DNA of 64,000 nt from Candidatus Oxydemutator sp. (lineage in GTDB: Bacteria > Pseudomonadota > Gammaproteobacteria > Poriferisulfidales > Oxydemutatoraceae), in the NCBI GenBank assembly GCA_965203445.1, contig OZ241883.1, forward strand, positions 1,792,001 through 1,856,000, given 5' to 3'. The notes under the pieces are model-generated. The model was not told where the DNA came from. It made no database searches and worked only from the letters and a program-made list of their open reading frames with translations. Both the position numbers and the translations under genes were made by a program. Positions 60,541 through 64,000 of the stretch are shown here, piece by piece (positions within the stretch are counted from its first letter, which is position 1; each line of letters starts with the position of its first letter).

Positions 60541-61506
60541 TCAGTCGAGGCTGACCAGCCGGTGCAGCAGACGCAGGCCGTGGACGAGGTCGGCGCCGTC
60601 GCCGGCGTCCCCTTCGATTTGCTTGACAAAGCTTCTCGCGGATTGGATCAGCGGATCCTGCATCGTGATTTGTCTGTCCCCGGCGGCCAATGATAGCACG
60701 TAATTTTTCATCGCCACGCGCCGCTCGACGGCGTTGCCGTTGATCGCGTAGCCGGCGGCGCGCGGTTGGCGCGTGCTCTGCACAAGCGACAATCGCACGC
60801 GCGTCGTGCCCGCCTGGTGCCGATAGCCGAAGGCCGCCTCGGCGCGGCTTCGGGCGCCGTCGCCCCAGCGCAATTCCGGGTTCTCGACCTCGCCCGTCCC
60901 GAGCAGCGCCTGCAACATGCTGACCAGGTGCGGCGCGCTGTCCAGGATCATGGTTTTGCCGCGGCTTGCCGGCGACAGGCGCATGTCGAACGACGTGATC
61001 CGCGCGGCGTCCTCGGGCCGCATGGGCAGCGGAGGCAACGGATGCAGTCGCCGGTAGCAGGCAAGCGTGAACGGCCACTGCAAGTTGACGCCGACGTGCA
61101 GCTTCGCCGCCGCCGCACTCTCCAGCAGGCGCGCCGCCTCGCGGGTGACGCCGGCGGCGTCTTCGGGTATTTCCGACAACGGCGGAAACCACAACGGCTT
61201 TTCACAGAAAACGTGGCAACCGGCGTCCAAACCCTGGCGCAGATACCGCAGGTGCGTATCGTGCGGGCTGGCTATGACCAGCACGTCCACGTTTTGTTCG
61301 CCCAACAATTCGGCGGGGTCGGTATAGCCCGCCGCCCGTATATGGTAGTCTTTTTGCAGCCTCCGCTGCGCCTGCGCGACGCTTGCGCGCGACGTGCCGA
61401 CGATGCCGCAAACGTCGTGCCCCAGCCGCGCGAACGCCGCCGCGAGATAAGGCCCCGTTCCCTGGCGCACGCGCCGCGCGCCGACAATGGCGATTCGGTG
61501 TACCAT
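60541..61506 (-). CDS. Gfo/Idh/MocA family oxidoreductase
   Basis: IAIVG, VDVLVIASP..TH, HVFCEKP. Confidence 0.82.
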   Translation of the reverse strand: MVHRIAIVGARRVRQGTGPYLAAAFARLGHDVCGIVGTSRASVAQAQRRLQKDYHIRAAGYTDPAELLGEQNVDVLVIASPHDTHLRYLRQGLDAGCHVFCEKPLWFPPLSEIPEDAAGVTREAARLLESAAAAKLHVGVNLQWPFTLACYRRLHPLPPLPMRPEDAARITSFDMRLSPASRGKTMILDSAPHLVSMLQALLGTGEVENPELRWGDGARSRAEAAFGYRHQAGTTRVRLSLVQSTRQPRAAGYAINGNAVERRVAMKNYVLSLAAGDRQITMQDPLIQSARSFVKQIEGDAGDGADLVHGLRLLHRLVSLD

Positions 61507-61624
61507 GTATCGCAGGTTTAATGGTGGCATATAAGCACGTGCGACAACGACCCTTCACCCGTGACGAGGCGTTCGGGTCGTGTTTTCGCACGGCTTTTCC
61601 ATCCCATGGACGTCAGGAATGCGA

Positions 61625-61831
61625 ATGAGTATAAATGTAAAGGGTCAAGTCCAGAAATTCCTCTGGAAATTCGGCTACGACGTCGTCAAAGACGAGTGGA
61701 CGTTCCATGAAATACACACGTTCATGAACGAAAAATCCTATAGCCTGGTGGCAATCGTGAACGTGTTCGACGACGAAGAGACCGGCCAGATACTGCAAGT
61801 GGACGGCATTTTTCACCGCTTCCACGCGTGA
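61625..61831 (+). pseudogene. Internally deleted FkbM-like methyltransferase
   Basis: N-terminal K..VQKFL..FGYDV joined to C-terminal F.EI..FM....Y.L.......D..TGQILQVDGIF; the SAM-binding core is absent. Confidence 0.55.
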
Positions 61832-61840
61832 CGCCGCCGT

Positions 61841-62524
61841 ATGAAAATTCCCTCCGTGCCTATAGTGACGGCCTGGCGCCGGAGAAAGCGCACCGGCGAG
61901 GTTCCGCCGCCGCCGTTGCCCGATGGAGTGGAGGCTAGCGGCTACATCGCCGAGGGTTCGCGTTCGCACGTCTATGAAGGCCGCTACCGCGGCGAGCACG
62001 CGGTCATCAAGGTCTATAAGCCGTACCAGATCGCCAGATACCGCAGGCGCTACCGCGTCCATATCGCGCAATTCGAGTACGAGCGCAATCTGGCGTTTTA
62101 TTCGATTGCCGCGTTGAGGCGCCACGTCTCGATGCCACTGGCGTACGCCCCCGGCGACGGCGCCGGCGAGGCCGCTTTTCTGGTGCAGCGCTTCGCCAGC
62201 CGCCTGACGGTCTGGCAGGCGCTGCAAGACAAGCACGAGGGCATCACGCTTGCGCAGGTCGTCGCCTTCGTCGAGTTTGTCATCGGCGAGGCCGCGGCGC
62301 ACGGCCTGCATGATCTCGACTTGCACTCGAAAAACACCGTGCTGGCCAAGGACGAACGCGGCTGGAAGCCGGTGATCGTGGATTTCAACCGGATGCCGCA
62401 ATACCGGCACCCGCCCAACCCGTGGATGGCCGCCGCCTTCCGCCTCGGCCTGCGCGACAAGGCGCACCGCGACCGCCGCAACATCCGCGCCCACCGCAAC
62501 CTGCTTGCCCGCGGCGGGATATAA
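61841..62524 (+). CDS. Protein-kinase-like (RIO/LPS kinase fold) protein
   Basis: IAEGSRSHVY, AVIKVY, HDLDLH..N, IVDFN. Confidence 0.7.
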   Translation: MKIPSVPIVTAWRRRKRTGEVPPPPLPDGVEASGYIAEGSRSHVYEGRYRGEHAVIKVYKPYQIARYRRRYRVHIAQFEYERNLAFYSIAALRRHVSMPLAYAPGDGAGEAAFLVQRFASRLTVWQALQDKHEGITLAQVVAFVEFVIGEAAAHGLHDLDLHSKNTVLAKDERGWKPVIVDFNRMPQYRHPPNPWMAAAFRLGLRDKAHRDRRNIRAHRNLLARGGI

Positions 62525-62542
62525 TAGGCGCGGAGCCGACCT

Positions 62543-62893
62543 ATGGAACAAGAAAAAGACGAAACGGTGATCAACTGGGAAGTGTGCCACTATCAGAACG
62601 AGCAGTTGCACGAACTTTCCCTCAAATACCGCGACGACAAAAACTATCGCGACAAGGCGAAGAACGATTCCGGCGCATTGCTGAAGTCGTTGGGCGTGGT
62701 GCTGCCGGAGGGGATAGACGCGCGGTTTATCGTCAACACCAACAAGACCTGGTATTTCGTGATGCCGCGAAGGCCGAGGACGAGGACGCACGTGCACCGC
62801 CGCGGCAAAACCGCCGGCGTCGGCGACGTGGACCTGATCAACGCCGCAAGTTTTTTCGCTTCGCTGGCGTCGGTTCGCGGCCGCGCGCGGTGA
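62543..62893 (+). CDS. NHLP (nitrile hydratase-like) leader-peptide protein, possibly degenerate
   Basis: D..YR......D..ALL..LGV.LPEGI...I.NT..TWYFVMP..P pattern; TATAAT and GGAG upstream. Confidence 0.55.
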   Translation: MEQEKDETVINWEVCHYQNEQLHELSLKYRDDKNYRDKAKNDSGALLKSLGVVLPEGIDARFIVNTNKTWYFVMPRRPRTRTHVHRRGKTAGVGDVDLINAASFFASLASVRGRAR

Positions 62894-62908
62894 GCAACGC
62901 CGCCGGCG

Positions 62909-63343
62909 CTACCGCCACGCCGGTCCGATCACGACCAGCAGCACGATTGCGATCAGGGCCGCGGTCGGCACCTCGTTGAACCAGCGATACCAGACGTGGC
63001 CGTGCCGGTTGGCGTCGCGCGCGAATGCCGCCACCAGCAGACCGCACCACACGTGGTAGCCCGCCAGCAGCGCGACCAGCGCGAGTTTCGCGTGCATCCA
63101 TCCGGCGTCGGCGTACGAGGCCGGGCTCAGCGCGTAGGCACCGGCGCCAAAGACGACGGTCAGCACGCCGCCCGGCGTCATGATGCCCCAGAACAGCTTG
63201 CGCTCCATGATCTTGAAACGTTCGATGCCGGCGGCGTCCGCGGCCGTCGCGTGATAGACGAACAGCCGCGGCAGGTAGAACAGCCCGGCGAACCAGGTGA
63301 CCATGAAGATCAGATGCAGTGCCTTGAACCAGTAGAATGCCAT
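62909..63343 (-). CDS. hemJ: Protoporphyrinogen IX oxidase HemJ
   Basis: WFKALH.IF.V.WFAGLFYLPRLFVYH, MERKL, WMHAKL, YRWFNEVP. Confidence 0.95.
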   Translation of the reverse strand: MAFYWFKALHLIFMVTWFAGLFYLPRLFVYHATAADAAGIERFKIMERKLFWGIMTPGGVLTVVFGAGAYALSPASYADAGWMHAKLALVALLAGYHVWCGLLVAAFARDANRHGHVWYRWFNEVPTAALIAIVLLVVIGPAWR

Positions 63344-63471
63344 GTTCGCAAAACGTCGGAAACGGGGAAATCATACCAGAACCGGGTACAATCGGCGGTT
63401 GCAATCCATCGCAGATTGCGTTGTCGGGGCGCGCTTCCGCGTCACGCCAAGTCGCCGACTTGAACGCTGAC

Positions 63472-64000
63472 ATGATACGCGCGGCAGTTATCGGGGGCGC
63501 CGGTTACACCGGCCTGGAGTTGGTGCGCCTGCTGCTGGGTCATCCGCAGGTCGCGCTGGCGTGCGTCGTCTCGCGCAGTCGCGCGGGGGAGGCGCTCGCG
63601 TCGGAGTTTCCGGCGTCGCGCCGTCGCCTCGCGCTGCGCTACAGCGCGAGTCTCGAGGCCGCGACCAAGTCCGAACTCGACGTCGTCTTTTTTGCGACGC
63701 CCAACGGCGTGGCGATGAAGCAGGTGCCGGAGTTGCTGTCGGCGGGCGTGCGCGTGATTGACTTGGCCGCCGATTTTCGCTTGTCCGACGCCGCCGAATG
63801 GCGACGCTGGTACGGCTGCGAGCACGCCTGTCCCGGCTTGCTGGCGGACGCGGTCTATGGGTTGCCGGAGTTGCACAGAGACGCGATCCGGGGCGCCCGT
63901 CTGGTGGCCAATCCGGGCTGCTACCCGACCTCGGTAATCCTCGGTTTCAAGCCGGTGCTGGAGGCGCAAGGCGCCGACGTCTCGTGCCTGATAGCCGATT
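63472..64000 (+). CDS. argC: N-acetyl-gamma-glutamyl-phosphate reductase (runs off the window end)
   Basis: MIRAAVIGGAGYTGLELVRLL..HP, FFATPNG, IDLAADFRL, VYGLPE, VANPGCYPT. Confidence 0.95.
   Translation, partial: MIRAAVIGGAGYTGLELVRLLLGHPQVALACVVSRSRAGEALASEFPASRRRLALRYSASLEAATKSELDVVFFATPNGVAMKQVPELLSAGVRVIDLAADFRLSDAAEWRRWYGCEHACPGLLADAVYGLPELHRDAIRGARLVANPGCYPTSVILGFKPVLEAQGADVSCLIAD

Overview
A high-GC (roughly two-thirds G+C by eye) gammaproteobacterial-type chromosomal segment. Core genes are tRNA-Ser, an NAD-linked formate dehydrogenase pair, ygfZ-valS-pepA-lptFG-xerD-dsbC, phoU-argF-argD-sat/cysC and hemJ-argC. Lower-GC accessory blocks are interleaved: (i) a tandem trio of coiled-coil/PD-(D/E)XK genes plus a GT10 fucosyltransferase (5.7-8.9 kb); (ii) a defence-type island (18.9-30.0 kb) with an ABC/AAA ATPase and hollowed TOPRIM partner, Xre-RES toxin-antitoxin, tyrosinase plus partner, AAA_21/RloB, McrBC, IS5 and a repeat-expanded XRE protein; (iii) a pseudaminic-acid-like sugar and acyl-tailoring cluster (30.1-43.4 kb) lacking pseI in this window; (iv) an IS1202-family element with a 15-bp target duplication; (v) a capsule/LPS-modification block, an XRE plus small putative RNase pair, a radical SAM, and an NHLP-like leader peptide ORF. 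The most striking signals are an apparent PseH(GNAT)-FkbH fusion switched off by a 26-G homopolymer next to a VOC-ACP fusion (a candidate phase-variable, ACP-dependent glyceryl-acylation route for nonulosonic sugars), an XRE gene that has amplified a 35-aa half-HTH unit upstream of mcrBC, and the mosaic nuclease-like gene array. All calls come from motif recognition by eye; no database searches were run.
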